Shown here piece by piece: positions 27,792-36,614 of a stretch of 50,143 nucleotides of DNA. The stretch is from an uncultured Acetobacteraceae bacterium. Its GTDB lineage: Bacteria; Pseudomonadota; Alphaproteobacteria; Acetobacterales; Acetobacteraceae. The notes under the pieces were generated by a model. That model did not search any database. It saw nothing but the letters and a program-made list of their open reading frames with translations, and had not been told where the DNA came from. The stretch is taken from positions 1 through 50,143 of the forward strand of contig CAXTJW010000001.1 of assembly GCA_964244305.1 (NCBI GenBank), given 5' to 3'. The translations under genes and the position numbers were made by a program. How positions within the stretch are numbered: the stretch's first letter is position 1; every line of letters begins with the position of its first letter.

Positions 27792-28694
27792 ATGGACCAT
27801 ATTTCCACGCGCGACACGGACGAGCACACCATCACCGACGCCGTGCTCGCGCGGCTCGCCGATACGCCCGACTTGCGCTTCAAGCAGCTCGTGCAGTCGC
27901 TGGTCCGCCACGTCCACGCCTTCGTGCGCGAGGCCGAGCCGACGTTCGCAGAATGGCAGCAGGCCGTCGCCTTCCTGACCCGCACCGGCCAGACCTGCAC
28001 CGACACGCGGCAGGAGTTCATCCTGCTGTCCGACGTTCTGGGCGTGTCCATGCTGGTGGACGCGATCAACCACCGCATGCCGGACGGGGCGACGGAGACG
28101 ACGGTGCTCGGCCCGTTCCACGTCGCAGACGTGCCGTTCTCCCCGAATGGCGCCGACATCGGGGCCGGGCGGGCGGGAGAGCGGCTGTATGTCGAGGGGT
28201 CGGTGTCATCCGCCAACGGCGCGCCATTGCCCGGCGCCGTGCTGGAAGTGTGGCAGTCCGACGACGACGGCTTCTACGACGTGCAGCGGCCGGAGCTGGA
28301 CGGCCCTTCGCTGCGCACCCGGCTGCGGGCCGACGATGCGGGCCGGTTTCATTTCTGGACCATCATGCCGACCGCCTACCCGATCCCAGACGACGGCCCG
28401 GTCGGTGAGCTGTTGAAGGCCACCAACCGCCACCCGTGGCGGCCGGCGCACCTGCATTTCATGATCTCGGCCGCTGGGCACGAGCAGCTGGTGACGCACC
28501 TCTTCGTCGCCGGGGGCGACTACCTCGACAGCGATGCGGTGTTCGGGGTCAAGGAGTCGCTGATCCAGGCGTTTACGCAGCACGGGCCGGGGCAGGCGCC
28601 GGATGGCACCGAGGTCGAAGGGCCTTGGCGCATGCTGTCCTACGGCTTCGGTCTGAAGTCCGTAGGAACGCCCGCGCTGGCGATGCAGGACTGA
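27792..28694 (+). CDS. Hydroxyquinol 1,2-dioxygenase (intradiol; GraB/TsdC-like)
   Basis: RQEFILLSDVLG, TVLGPF, GFYDVQ, YPIP, RPAHLH, DAVFGVK. Confidence 0.93.
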   Translation: MDHISTRDTDEHTITDAVLARLADTPDLRFKQLVQSLVRHVHAFVREAEPTFAEWQQAVAFLTRTGQTCTDTRQEFILLSDVLGVSMLVDAINHRMPDGATETTVLGPFHVADVPFSPNGADIGAGRAGERLYVEGSVSSANGAPLPGAVLEVWQSDDDGFYDVQRPELDGPSLRTRLRADDAGRFHFWTIMPTAYPIPDDGPVGELLKATNRHPWRPAHLHFMISAAGHEQLVTHLFVAGGDYLDSDAVFGVKESLIQAFTQHGPGQAPDGTEVEGPWRMLSYGFGLKSVGTPALAMQD

Positions 28695-28721
28695 CCCTTT
28701 AACACACCACGGGAGGCGACC

Positions 28722-29051
28722 TTGGCCGTCACGCTCATCAACACGTTCATCGTCCGCGAAGGCCAGGAGGAGGAGTTCCTCCGCAACTGGCAGATGTCGG
28801 CCGACCATTTCTCGAAGACGCCGGGCTTCATCGAGACGAAGCTGCACCGCAACACCGGCGTCGGCAACGGCACCTTCGCGTTCATCAACATCGCCAAGTG
28901 GACGAGCGCCGAGGCGTGGCGCAGCACGCATGAGGCCTACAAGCCGACCGAATACAAGCTGGACGGCGTGAAGGGCCACCCCGCGATCTTCGAACCGATC
29001 GTGACCATGGTCTATCAGGGCGAACAGCCGCAACTGCCAGGGGCCGACTAG
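28722..29051 (+). CDS. ABM (antibiotic biosynthesis monooxygenase)-domain protein
   Basis: TTG after GGAGG; LINTF..EEF, PGFIETKLHR, FINIAKW. Confidence 0.8.
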   Translation: MAVTLINTFIVREGQEEEFLRNWQMSADHFSKTPGFIETKLHRNTGVGNGTFAFINIAKWTSAEAWRSTHEAYKPTEYKLDGVKGHPAIFEPIVTMVYQGEQPQLPGAD

Positions 29052-29077
29052 CCTACCCGTCTGCCCAACCCCGGAGC

Positions 29078-29739
29078 ATGGCCGTGCCAGACATCGAAGC
29101 GTCCACAGTCGCGGCCGCCACTCGCCGGCTGCTCCCGTTCCTGTTCCTGTTGTTCGTCGTCAACTTCCTGGACCGGGTGAACGTCGGCTTCGCCGCGTTG
29201 CAGATGAACGCTGCCCTCGGCCTGACGCCGGACATGTTCGGCTTGGGCGTCGGCGTGTTCTTCGTCGGCTATCTGCTGTTCGAGATACCGGGCAATCTGG
29301 CCCTCCAGCGTGTCGGCGCCCGCGTCTGGATCGCGCGGATCATGATCTCGTGGGGCATACTTTCGATGGCGATGGCGCTGGCCACCGGGGCCAAGTCGTT
29401 TTACGCCCTCCGTTTCCTGCTGGGCGTGGCGGAGGCCGGGTTCGTGCCCGGTATTCTGCTCTACCTCGGGCAGTGATTCCCGGAGCGGGCGCGGGCGGCA
29501 GCGGTATCGAAGTTCATGAGCGCCAGCGCCATCTCCATCGTGGTCGGCGGGCCGCTGTCGGGTTTCATCATGGAACTCGGCGGAGCGATGGGCCTAGCTG
29601 GCTGGCAATGGCTGTTCATCCTGGAAGGGGCGCCGGCCGTTCTGCTGGGCCTGGCGTGCCTGCAATACCTCGACGACCGCCCGGCGGATGCCGCGTGGCT
29701 CGGCGCAGACCAGCGCGCCTGGCTATCTACAACGCTGGA
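29078..29739 (+). pseudogene. ACS-family MFS transporter (TtuB/phthalate permease-like) with a nonsense codon, truncated by an IS
   Basis: NFLDRVNVGFA, FEIPGN, RFLLGVAEAG, YLGQ*FP (TGA at the conserved Trp), GWQWLFILEG; ends at the IS end. Confidence 0.88.
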
Positions 29740-30469
29740 GGCGATGTTGCATGGATCAGGGTTGAAGCCGCAACGAGCCCAACTCCGCCTGGATTTAGGC
29801 GGTGCGGACAGAGATCGGGCGTCCAAGCTGCAGCATGCGGTTCAGGACATGGACGGCAACGTTCACCTCGGTTACGCGACGCTCGTCCGTGTGCGAGCGC
29901 AGCCCGTCACCGATCACCTGCTTGAACCGGCCGATGGTTGCCTCAACACGAGCGCGGTTGGTGTATCCAGACGCCTTCTGCCAAGCGGCTCGGCCGTGCT
30001 TGGCGATGAACTGCAGGTGGCGGTCCCGCTGCGTGGGTTCGGTTTCGGCCGTCTCGCTCGATACTGCCGTGCTACGTGGTGGCACGATGATGGCTGCTGC
30101 AGGGTGGCGCTCGGCGACCGCGGCGGACATGCTGTCTTGGTCGTAGGCGCCGTCGGCGGTGAACGACGCGACCGATGTCGCCACCTGATCGAGCAAGGGC
30201 GCCACTTGGGCGGCGTCGTCGACCTCCTTCCTGGTCAATGCCGCCGCGACAATCTGACCGGTGTCGGCATCCATCAAACTGCCGCACTGGCGCAGAGCGG
30301 TGTCATACGCGGCCGAGTTCGTGACCTTGCGTCTCTGCTTCGGAATGTGGTGGCGACAGTCGGCATTCAGCTTAAAGGGCAAGACAGGCATCCGAGGATC
30401 AGAGGGAGAGCAAGCTTCCTAAACCGGCCCGACCTGCAGCGATACCGACGCGATCCGTGCAACAGCGCT
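29740..30469 (-). mobile_element. IS5-family (IS903 group) element, internally deleted
   Basis: Imperfect terminal IRs GGCGATGTTGCATGGATC / AGCGCTGTTGCACGGATC; ORF 29795..30391 has KVTNSAAYD..LRQCGSL joined directly to DADTGQIVA, then ADGAYD and RVEATIGRFK. Confidence 0.85.
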
Positions 30470-30571
30470 CAGCGGGCCGTCAAGGCAGTTCGCCACGATT
30501 CCGAGCCGGTTGGGTTCGCCCAGCGAGCGGAACATCTCGGCAAGCTCGCTCGTTTGAACTGCCGTCAGCAT
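30470..30571 (-). pseudogene. N-terminal fragment of an ArsR/SmtB-family metalloregulator
   Basis: Manual translation MLTAVQTSELAEMFRSLGEPNRLGIVANCLDGPL (F..LGEPNRL.I motif), cut by the IS end. Confidence 0.75.
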
Positions 30572-30574
30572 TTA

Positions 30575-30604
30575 CCAACCTATGAACACGTATTCATGTG
30601 TTGG
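30575..30604. promoter_or_regulatory. SmtB/CadC-type operator
   Basis: CCAAC-CT-ATGAA-N6-TTCAT-GT-GTTGG inverted repeat directly upstream of the arsR fragment. Confidence 0.65.
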
Positions 30605-30744
30605 GTTCGGTCGCGTGGGTCAAGTGGTCGCGTCGAGTTGTCGCCCGGCCAGAAGCAATGGGTTTCGGTCGCCCACGTTTTGTGATGCGCTCGATTACCG
30701 GGCCAGAACTGACGAACTGGCCTTCCGGTACGGGTAAGCCCTAT

Positions 30745-30860
30745 CGGAAAACCCCCTCAGGGTAGTTTCCGCACAAGCGTCCAATCCGACGGGGTTTTCC
30801 GGTCAAGCCTGTCTGGGTTTTGCCGGTTGATCTGCCGTCGATCCGAAATGTGCGGAAAAC
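30745..30860. other. Orphan res-like site (multiple dyad subsites)
   Basis: CGGAAAACCCC/GGGGTTTTCCG and TTTCCGCACA/TGTGCGGAAA pairs; no resolvase gene adjacent. Confidence 0.45.
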
Positions 30861-30896
30861 ACATGTTTGCAGCTTAGCACCCGGCCCCAAGCGAAT

Positions 30897-31346
30897 TCAG
30901 CGAACGCCTGCTTCGACGCGTTGCCTGGCGCTCATGAACGATCCGGTTGGGATGCGTTCCGGCGCGAAGCTCGCAAAGCCGATCCCGGACACGCCGGAGT
31001 AGATTGCCTCCATGCCGCCGCGCAGCCGGTAGGTTTCGTGCCAGATGCCCCCGCCCGAGTCCCGGGCGAAGTCGCGCCACCACGCCTTGTGCTGCGGAGC
31101 TCGGGTGAACGCTTCCAGACTGTCGAAGTCACGCCAGTACTGCCGGAAGCCCGGATGCATGAGGCCGAACCAAAGGTCCTCGTGCGACAGCAGCCCGTCG
31201 GGCGGGTTCTTCTTGATCGAGCGCAGGCCGCGGCCGATGCGCAGCAGGCTGCGTGCGCCCTTCAAGCCCTTGGCGCGATAGCCAAGGTAGATCACGACAA
31301 GGTCGGAGTAGCCGGACAGGTCAATGGATCGGCGCGGATAGGTCAT
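30897..31346 (-). CDS. DUF4188 / monooxygenase-like dimeric alpha-beta barrel protein
   Basis: LVVIYLG, RQYWRDFDSLEAF..H..WW, GIWHETY, EAIY. Confidence 0.8.
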   Translation of the reverse strand: MTYPRRSIDLSGYSDLVVIYLGYRAKGLKGARSLLRIGRGLRSIKKNPPDGLLSHEDLWFGLMHPGFRQYWRDFDSLEAFTRAPQHKAWWRDFARDSGGGIWHETYRLRGGMEAIYSGVSGIGFASFAPERIPTGSFMSARQRVEAGVR

Positions 31347-31378
31347 GGGCGTGCATCCTGGTCGGAAAGCTGTAGGGG

Positions 31379-31723
31379 TCAGCCGATAAGAACGCTCTCG
31401 GTGGACAGCGCGAACTCGCAGGCATGCAGGTCCAGGAACTGCGCCTCGTCCGGCCGGATCGTCTCCATGTAGCTTTCGGAGGTGAAGACGGCCTCTAGCC
31501 CGGCCACGTCGTCGAACCAAAGCTCTGTGATGCCGTCGAACGTCACCGGCGGCAGGCCAGGAATAGAGGCCACCACGGTGTGGCACTGGACGTAGCGCCG
31601 GACATGTTGCCGCACGGCGGGCAGCGCGCAGAATAGCGGCGCGTGCCGCTCGCGGTGGTAGGCGACGAACTCGTCGTGCGTCATCGACGGCTTGCGCCGC
31701 AGCAGGATGGTGAACTTGATCAT
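31379..31723 (-). CDS. EthD-domain protein
   Basis: RKPSMTHDEF..Y..RHAPL, RRYVQCH, DGITELWF, DEAQF. Confidence 0.85.
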   Translation of the reverse strand: MIKFTILLRRKPSMTHDEFVAYHRERHAPLFCALPAVRQHVRRYVQCHTVVASIPGLPPVTFDGITELWFDDVAGLEAVFTSESYMETIRPDEAQFLDLHACEFALSTESVLIG

Positions 31724-31767
31724 GGCGCTGTCCTGATCAGCCGGCGTGGATGGACAACACCGGCCCA

Positions 31768-31812
31768 ATGCTTACACTGCATACATAGAAGGTCTGCTTA
31801 CAGTGTCAACAT
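31768..31812. promoter_or_regulatory. Two tandem imperfect palindromes, candidate TetR operators
   Basis: ATGCTTACACTGCATACAT (31768) and CTGCTTACAGTGTCAACAT (31794, overlapping the tetR start). Confidence 0.6.
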
Positions 31813-32381
31813 CAATCGCCAGAGGCTACCACCACGGGGAGTTGCGAACGGCGCTGGTCGGCGCGGCGCTCGACCTGCTGGCGAAGGATGGCGCGGACGC
31901 GGTTTCGCTGCGCGCCGTTGCGCGCCGTGCCGGCGTGTCCGCCATGGCTCCCTACCGGCACTACCCGGACAAGGAGGCGCTCCTCGCAGCAGTTGCGGTG
32001 CAGGGCTTTGACGGCTTGCGCGACGTGCTGCGCGCCGCTGACGACGCAGCCCCGGCAGATCAGGCCCTCGTGGAACAGGCCGTAGCCTATGTGCGCTACG
32101 CACTGGAGAACCCGGCCCTGTTCCGGCTCATGTTCGGCCCCAAGCGTCTTGGCACGCATCCGGAGCTGACCGCGGCGGGCGAGGCCGCCTATGCCGTGCT
32201 GGCGGCAAGGGTCGTAGCCGAGGTGCCGGCTAACGCCAACCGGGACGCTCGCACTTTAGGCTGCTGGTCGCTGGTGCACGGCTTGGCATCGCTGTTCCTG
32301 GACGGCCGGATCAGCGACAAGACGTCGGCACCGGATGGCGAGGTCACCCGTCGCGTCGCCGAAGCCATGCTGGGCGCTTAG
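31803..32381 (+). CDS. TetR-family regulator (WHG-type C-terminus)
   Basis: YHHGELR, SLRAVARRAGVSAMAPYRHYPDK, WSLVHG. Confidence 0.92.
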   Translation: MSTSIARGYHHGELRTALVGAALDLLAKDGADAVSLRAVARRAGVSAMAPYRHYPDKEALLAAVAVQGFDGLRDVLRAADDAAPADQALVEQAVAYVRYALENPALFRLMFGPKRLGTHPELTAAGEAAYAVLAARVVAEVPANANRDARTLGCWSLVHGLASLFLDGRISDKTSAPDGEVTRRVAEAMLGA

Positions 32382-32967
32382 GCGCAATCATTGCCTGAGT
32401 TTGCTGAGATCCGGCCTACGTCGAAGCTCTGCAGCCTGTCGAGCTTGGCCAACATTGGTCCATGAGGAACGCCGAACCTGGGTTCAATGCAGCGTGGCCG
32501 GTCCACACCGGCCCTTACATAGGTTTGACGTTCCGCATCTCCCCAGACCCCGAGCTCGAACACGGGCGGAGCGGCTTATGCGACGACTCGACTTGGACCG
32601 CTTCAGGCAATGGAACGGCTTCCGTCCCAGCTACGGAAGATTTTCGTTCCACCGCCTGAACGGGAAAGCATGCGGACGGTCGAGGCCGAAGTTATAACCA
32701 CGCCAGGGTCAGTATCTGCGCTCATCCAGGTTCATAACAGGCGCTAAAAATGGCACGTTAGGGTGTGATTGCTAAACGGTAATTTGGGTCGGTCCCTGGT
32801 TGCAGGACGCCTCACACGCAAGTTGTGAAGACCAAGTTTCACTCAAAGGCTATTAATGCGCCTACAGCCGCATGGTGAGACATCACCGCGGGCAGATAGG
32901 AACTCGACTTTTGGCACCAAACGAGCGGCCCGGCGGTAACCAATTATCCCGCTCGTCCTCAGACAAC

Positions 32968-34653
32968 ATGAGTCGCGAGGGCGCCCGCATCACCGCCGAG
33001 CTGGCAGGCCTCGACGACGGCACCGATCCGTTTGCCGCCGCAATGCGGGCGACGCGAATGCCGATGATCGTCACCAACCCTCGTACGATCGACAACCCCA
33101 TCGTGTTCGTCAACGATGCGTTCTGCCGCTTGACCGGCTACGTGCGCGAGGAGATCCTTGGCCGCAACTGTCGCTTTTTACAGGGACCGAGCACCGACGC
33201 CGCGACGGTCGAGCGCATCCGCACTGCCGTCAGTAAGCCCGAGGCGATCGAGATCGACATCTGCAACCACCGCAAGGACGGGTCGACGTTCTGGAACCGG
33301 CTGCTGGTCGCCCCGGTGCACGACGCACGCGGCACCCTGAACTATTTCTTCGCCAGCCAGTTCGACATTACCACCGAGCGCGAACTCCTCACCGTGCGCA
33401 CCCGCGAGCTGGTCGAGGCGAACGACCGGCTCCGGGCCGAGGCCCGGGAGCGCGGGCAGGTCGAGGAAGCGCTCCGGCAGTCGCACAAGATGGAGGCAGT
33501 GGGTCAGCTCACCGGTGGCATCGCGCACGACTTCAACAACATGCTCCAGGCGATCAGCGGTAGCCTGGAGCTGATGCGACGCCGAGTAAAAGAGGGGCGG
33601 ACGGACGAGGCGGACCGCCTTGTCGACGGCGCACGCCAGGCCGTGAGCCGGGCGGCGGCGCTCACGAACCAACTACTCGCCTTCGCGCGCCGGCAGGCGT
33701 TGCAACCCAAGCCCGTCGTGCTCGACAGGCTGATCGAGGGCATGGCGGAGCTGATCCGGCGCACAGTAGGGCCGGGCGTGGAGGTCGAGCTGCGTATGCG
33801 CGATGGCGAATGGATCGTGCTGTGCGACCCGAACCAGATGGAGAGCGCGCTGCTGAACCTGGCGATCAACGCACGTGACGCCATGCCTGAGGGCGGCAAG
33901 CTTATCATCGGCACCGAGGACGTCCAATTGCAGGCGGTCGACCTTGCCGGCCAGGACGGCGCGATGCCTGGCGCCTACGTGGAGATTTCCATCACCGACA
34001 CTGGCCTGGGCATGGACGATGCCACCAAGGCGCATGCTCTCGAGCCGTTCTTCACCACGAAACCCGCTGGGCAAGGCACAGGGCTCGGGCTGTCGCAAAT
34101 CTATGGCTTCGTGCGTCAATCGGACGGCATCGTACACTTGGAAAGCGAGCCCGGCCTGGGCACGACCGTGCGGCTTTACCTGCCCAAGCACCGGCCCATG
34201 AACATGCATGAGGAGCAGCCTGCACCGCCAGCCGAGCCGGGCGAGGCCACCGGCGGTGCAGCGGTGTTGCTGGTCGAGGATGAGGACGGCGTACGCATCG
34301 TGGCCGCCGAGCTGCTTCGCGATCTTGGCTACGTGGTGCTGGAAGCGAAGGACGGACCCGCTGCACTGCGTTTGCTGCGCTCAAGCGCACGCGTCGACGT
34401 GCTCGTGAGTGACGTGGGCCTCCCAGGCGGGCTGAATGGGCGGCAGGTCGCCGACGCCGCGCGCGAGCACAGGCCGGGGCTGCCTGTGCTGTTCATCACG
34501 GGGTATGCGGGCAACGCGCTTGAGGGGCAGCTCGCGCCGGGAATGCAGGTGATCGGCAAGCCGTTCGCGCTCGAGATGCTCGCCGCCCAAGTGGAGGCGA
34601 TACTCAAAACAACTCCTGCTTCCCGGAATAAGGCAGGAAGTCCAACGCCGTGA
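32968..34653 (+). CDS. Blue-light LOV-HisKA-HATPase-REC hybrid histidine kinase
   Basis: GRNCRFLQG (photoactive Cys), FFASQ, GGIAHDFNN, NLAINARDA, DTGLG, FFTTK, GLGL, REC VEDE/SDVGLPG/KPF; start uncertain (32872 possible). Confidence 0.93.
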   Translation: MSREGARITAELAGLDDGTDPFAAAMRATRMPMIVTNPRTIDNPIVFVNDAFCRLTGYVREEILGRNCRFLQGPSTDAATVERIRTAVSKPEAIEIDICNHRKDGSTFWNRLLVAPVHDARGTLNYFFASQFDITTERELLTVRTRELVEANDRLRAEARERGQVEEALRQSHKMEAVGQLTGGIAHDFNNMLQAISGSLELMRRRVKEGRTDEADRLVDGARQAVSRAAALTNQLLAFARRQALQPKPVVLDRLIEGMAELIRRTVGPGVEVELRMRDGEWIVLCDPNQMESALLNLAINARDAMPEGGKLIIGTEDVQLQAVDLAGQDGAMPGAYVEISITDTGLGMDDATKAHALEPFFTTKPAGQGTGLGLSQIYGFVRQSDGIVHLESEPGLGTTVRLYLPKHRPMNMHEEQPAPPAEPGEATGGAAVLLVEDEDGVRIVAAELLRDLGYVVLEAKDGPAALRLLRSSARVDVLVSDVGLPGGLNGRQVADAAREHRPGLPVLFITGYAGNALEGQLAPGMQVIGKPFALEMLAAQVEAILKTTPASRNKAGSPTP

Positions 34654-34688
34654 TAATCGATCACAGAGTGTGCCGTTCCAAACTCATC

Positions 34689-35114
34689 TCAGCGGTCACG
34701 ATAGGACGCACGAAAGCGCCCGACCTCAATGGAACGGTCGTGTGATGGGCGACCGATGAGATAACCGATGGCGATGCCAAGCGCGCCCGCCGCGAGCATG
34801 GCGATCACAGGCTCATCCTTGATCTGGCGGCCGACATACTGCGCGGCTTGGGCGCCCTGCGCATAGGCCTGCCCGCCCAGATCGGATGCTTGGGAGCCAA
34901 CACGCTGCGCCATGTCGCCCAGGGTCGATGCGGTACTTTCAGCCGCCGACGAGACGGTGTTCTTGACCTCGCCGTAGGTCTCCTCTGCCTTGCCAGCGAC
35001 CTGGTCAGCTTTCCCGCGGGCCTGGGTCTTGGTATCCCCTGTTAGGCTACCCACCGCGGACTCGACCTTGCCGCCTACATTGCGGGCGGTCCCGGTGATC
35101 TCGTTCTCAGCCAT
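34689..35114 (-). CDS. CsbD-family stress protein with ElaB/DUF883-like C-terminal membrane anchor
   Basis: GKVESAVGSLTGD..QARGKADQVAGK; C-terminal EPVIAMLAAGALGIAIGYL. Confidence 0.85.
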   Translation of the reverse strand: MAENEITGTARNVGGKVESAVGSLTGDTKTQARGKADQVAGKAEETYGEVKNTVSSAAESTASTLGDMAQRVGSQASDLGGQAYAQGAQAAQYVGRQIKDEPVIAMLAAGALGIAIGYLIGRPSHDRSIEVGRFRASYRDR

Positions 35115-35199
35115 ATTGATGCCCTTCGGTTGTGGATTGAATACTAGAGCGTGCGGCTCGCCAGGCCCATGGTCAATGCACACCCCAAGCTCTCGATGC

Positions 35200-35421
35200 T
35201 CAGTATCGTTGTGGAGTGGTGGCAGCGCCACCGACGGCGCCCAGCCCTCCGCCGATCAGGGCGCCCGTTCCGGCGTGACCACCTGCGATCCCGCCGACAG
35301 CGGCGCCGGTGCCAGCACCCAGCAAGCCGCCCGTGACGGCCCGCGTGCCCGGCGTTTCGCCGCAGGCCGCAAGCAACAAGGTTAGGCCTGCAGACAAGGC
35401 CGCGATAGTGACCGAACGCAT
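35200..35421 (-). CDS. Small glycine-zipper lipoprotein
   Basis: Lipobox LAAC; GxxxG repeats; RBS GGGAG. Confidence 0.8.
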   Translation of the reverse strand: MRSVTIAALSAGLTLLLAACGETPGTRAVTGGLLGAGTGAAVGGIAGGHAGTGALIGGGLGAVGGAATTPQRY

Positions 35422-35673
35422 CGTTCTCTCCCGTGTGACGGAGTTCGCCCGGAAGCGAACTCATTTTGTGAGCCAGAGAACAACGCATCGCTTTGGGTCG
35501 AATGTATGACGGGCACGCATTATGCGCGGCTTCTCACGTCGATGTGTCTCACAGCGTTGTAAGTTGACGGCTTCGGTGGCTGCGATGCTTAGCAACGTTC
35601 ACCATGCCATGTCCGACCGACTTGGTGGTGGTCTGTCCTGACAGTGTTCGTCGTGTGAGCTGCAATCCTGCTG

Positions 35674-35698
35674 GGAACCACGGCGGAGAACGGTCGTT
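35674..35698 (+). promoter_or_regulatory. EcfG (sigmaT) general-stress promoter
   Basis: GGAAC-N16-CGTT upstream of csbD. Confidence 0.75.
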
Positions 35699-35732
35699 GT
35701 TGCGCCCGTCTACAATCGTTAGGGGGTCTAAC

Positions 35733-35921
35733 ATGGTTGATGAGAACCGGATTGAGGGTGCGTGGGACAAGGCCAAGGGTGCCGTCGAGAAAGGTATCGG
35801 TAATCTGACTGGCAACGAGAAGCTGAAGGACGAGGGCATGGCCGACAAGGCGAAGGGCACAGCCGAGAGCGCCGTTGGTGGCGCGAAAGACACGGCCCGC
35901 GACGTCGCGAGCAAAATCTAG
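35733..35921 (+). CDS. csbD: CsbD-family protein
   Basis: MVDENRIEGAWDKAKGAVEKGIGNLTGNEKLKDEG. Confidence 0.88.
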   Translation: MVDENRIEGAWDKAKGAVEKGIGNLTGNEKLKDEGMADKAKGTAESAVGGAKDTARDVASKI

Positions 35922-36193
35922 CCTGGTTCGATGACAATCGGGATTGGAAGTGAGACGCGCCCAATCCCGTCTTCGAGATCATCAGCGCATCGAAAGCTGA
36001 TCTCGACATAGATCGCTGGAACTTAGCTAGATATTGGCTGAACATCGACTCCTCAGCCGTCGAATGATTTTGCTGAGGCGCCAGCAGCGATCCTTGCATA
36101 GACCCAAGTCGTTCAACTTGCCGACGTCACAACCCGCGACAGGACAGCCCAAGGCAGCGTTCAGAACCCGGGTAATAGTTCGGTTGCCGGGCT

Positions 36194-36218
36194 TGAACTT
36201 TGCGGCGGTCGGCACGTT
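36194..36218 (+). promoter_or_regulatory. EcfG-like promoter
   Basis: TGAAC-N16-CGTT upstream of 36251. Confidence 0.55.
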
Positions 36219-36250
36219 CTGTGCCGTATCCAATGTGAAGGTCTCTTACA

Positions 36251-36541
36251 ATGAAAACGATAGTTGCGGCAGCTGCGCTGGCGGTTGCGCTTGGCCTGGC
36301 TACATCGGCGGCTCAGGCGGCTGGGTGCATCAAGGGTGCCATCGCCGGCGGCGTCGCCGGGCATTTTGCCGGGCATCACGGCCTGCTTGGCGCCGGCGCT
36401 GGATGCGTTGTCGGACGACACGTGGCCAACTCGCGCAATAGCGCGCAGGCGACCCAGCAACAGCAATATCAGCAGCCGCAGTATGGGCAGCAATATCCGC
36501 GGCAGCCGTATCAGCAGGGCAACTCCGCCATCTCGCAGTAG
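36251..36541 (+). CDS. Secreted glycine-zipper protein with Gln/Tyr/Pro-rich tail
   Basis: Signal peptide ..AQA; GCIKGAIAGGVAGHFAGHHG..GCVVG. Confidence 0.78.
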   Translation: MKTIVAAAALAVALGLATSAAQAAGCIKGAIAGGVAGHFAGHHGLLGAGAGCVVGRHVANSRNSAQATQQQQYQQPQYGQQYPRQPYQQGNSAISQ

Positions 36542-36614
36542 GCGCTAGCGATCGTGCGTTCCTGAGGAACGCCACCCCAGCCCATTCCTCTCCTCACTCA
36601 GAAGGCTCTCTCCC

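Noticed and set aside
29474-29476. In-frame TGA at a conserved Trp as possible recoding or an alternative genetic code
   Set aside because: TGA is the normal stop in many neighbouring genes and this gene is also IS-truncated; a TGG->TGA nonsense mutation is simpler.
29516-30685. 389-aa ORF as a novel fusion protein
   Set aside because: It is the MFS remnant reading into the antisense strand of the IS transposase and the arsR fragment.
32611-32652. Imperfect hairpin (GGAACG..CTTCCGT / ACGGAAG..CGTTCC) upstream of the LOV kinase, considered as attC site or sRNA
   Set aside because: No integrase, no clear RYYYAAC/GTTRRRY boxes, single copy and no recognisable RNA family.
36566-36590. GGAAC upstream of the PepSY-like gene as an EcfG promoter
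   Set aside because: No CGTT/GTT element at 16-17 bp spacing.
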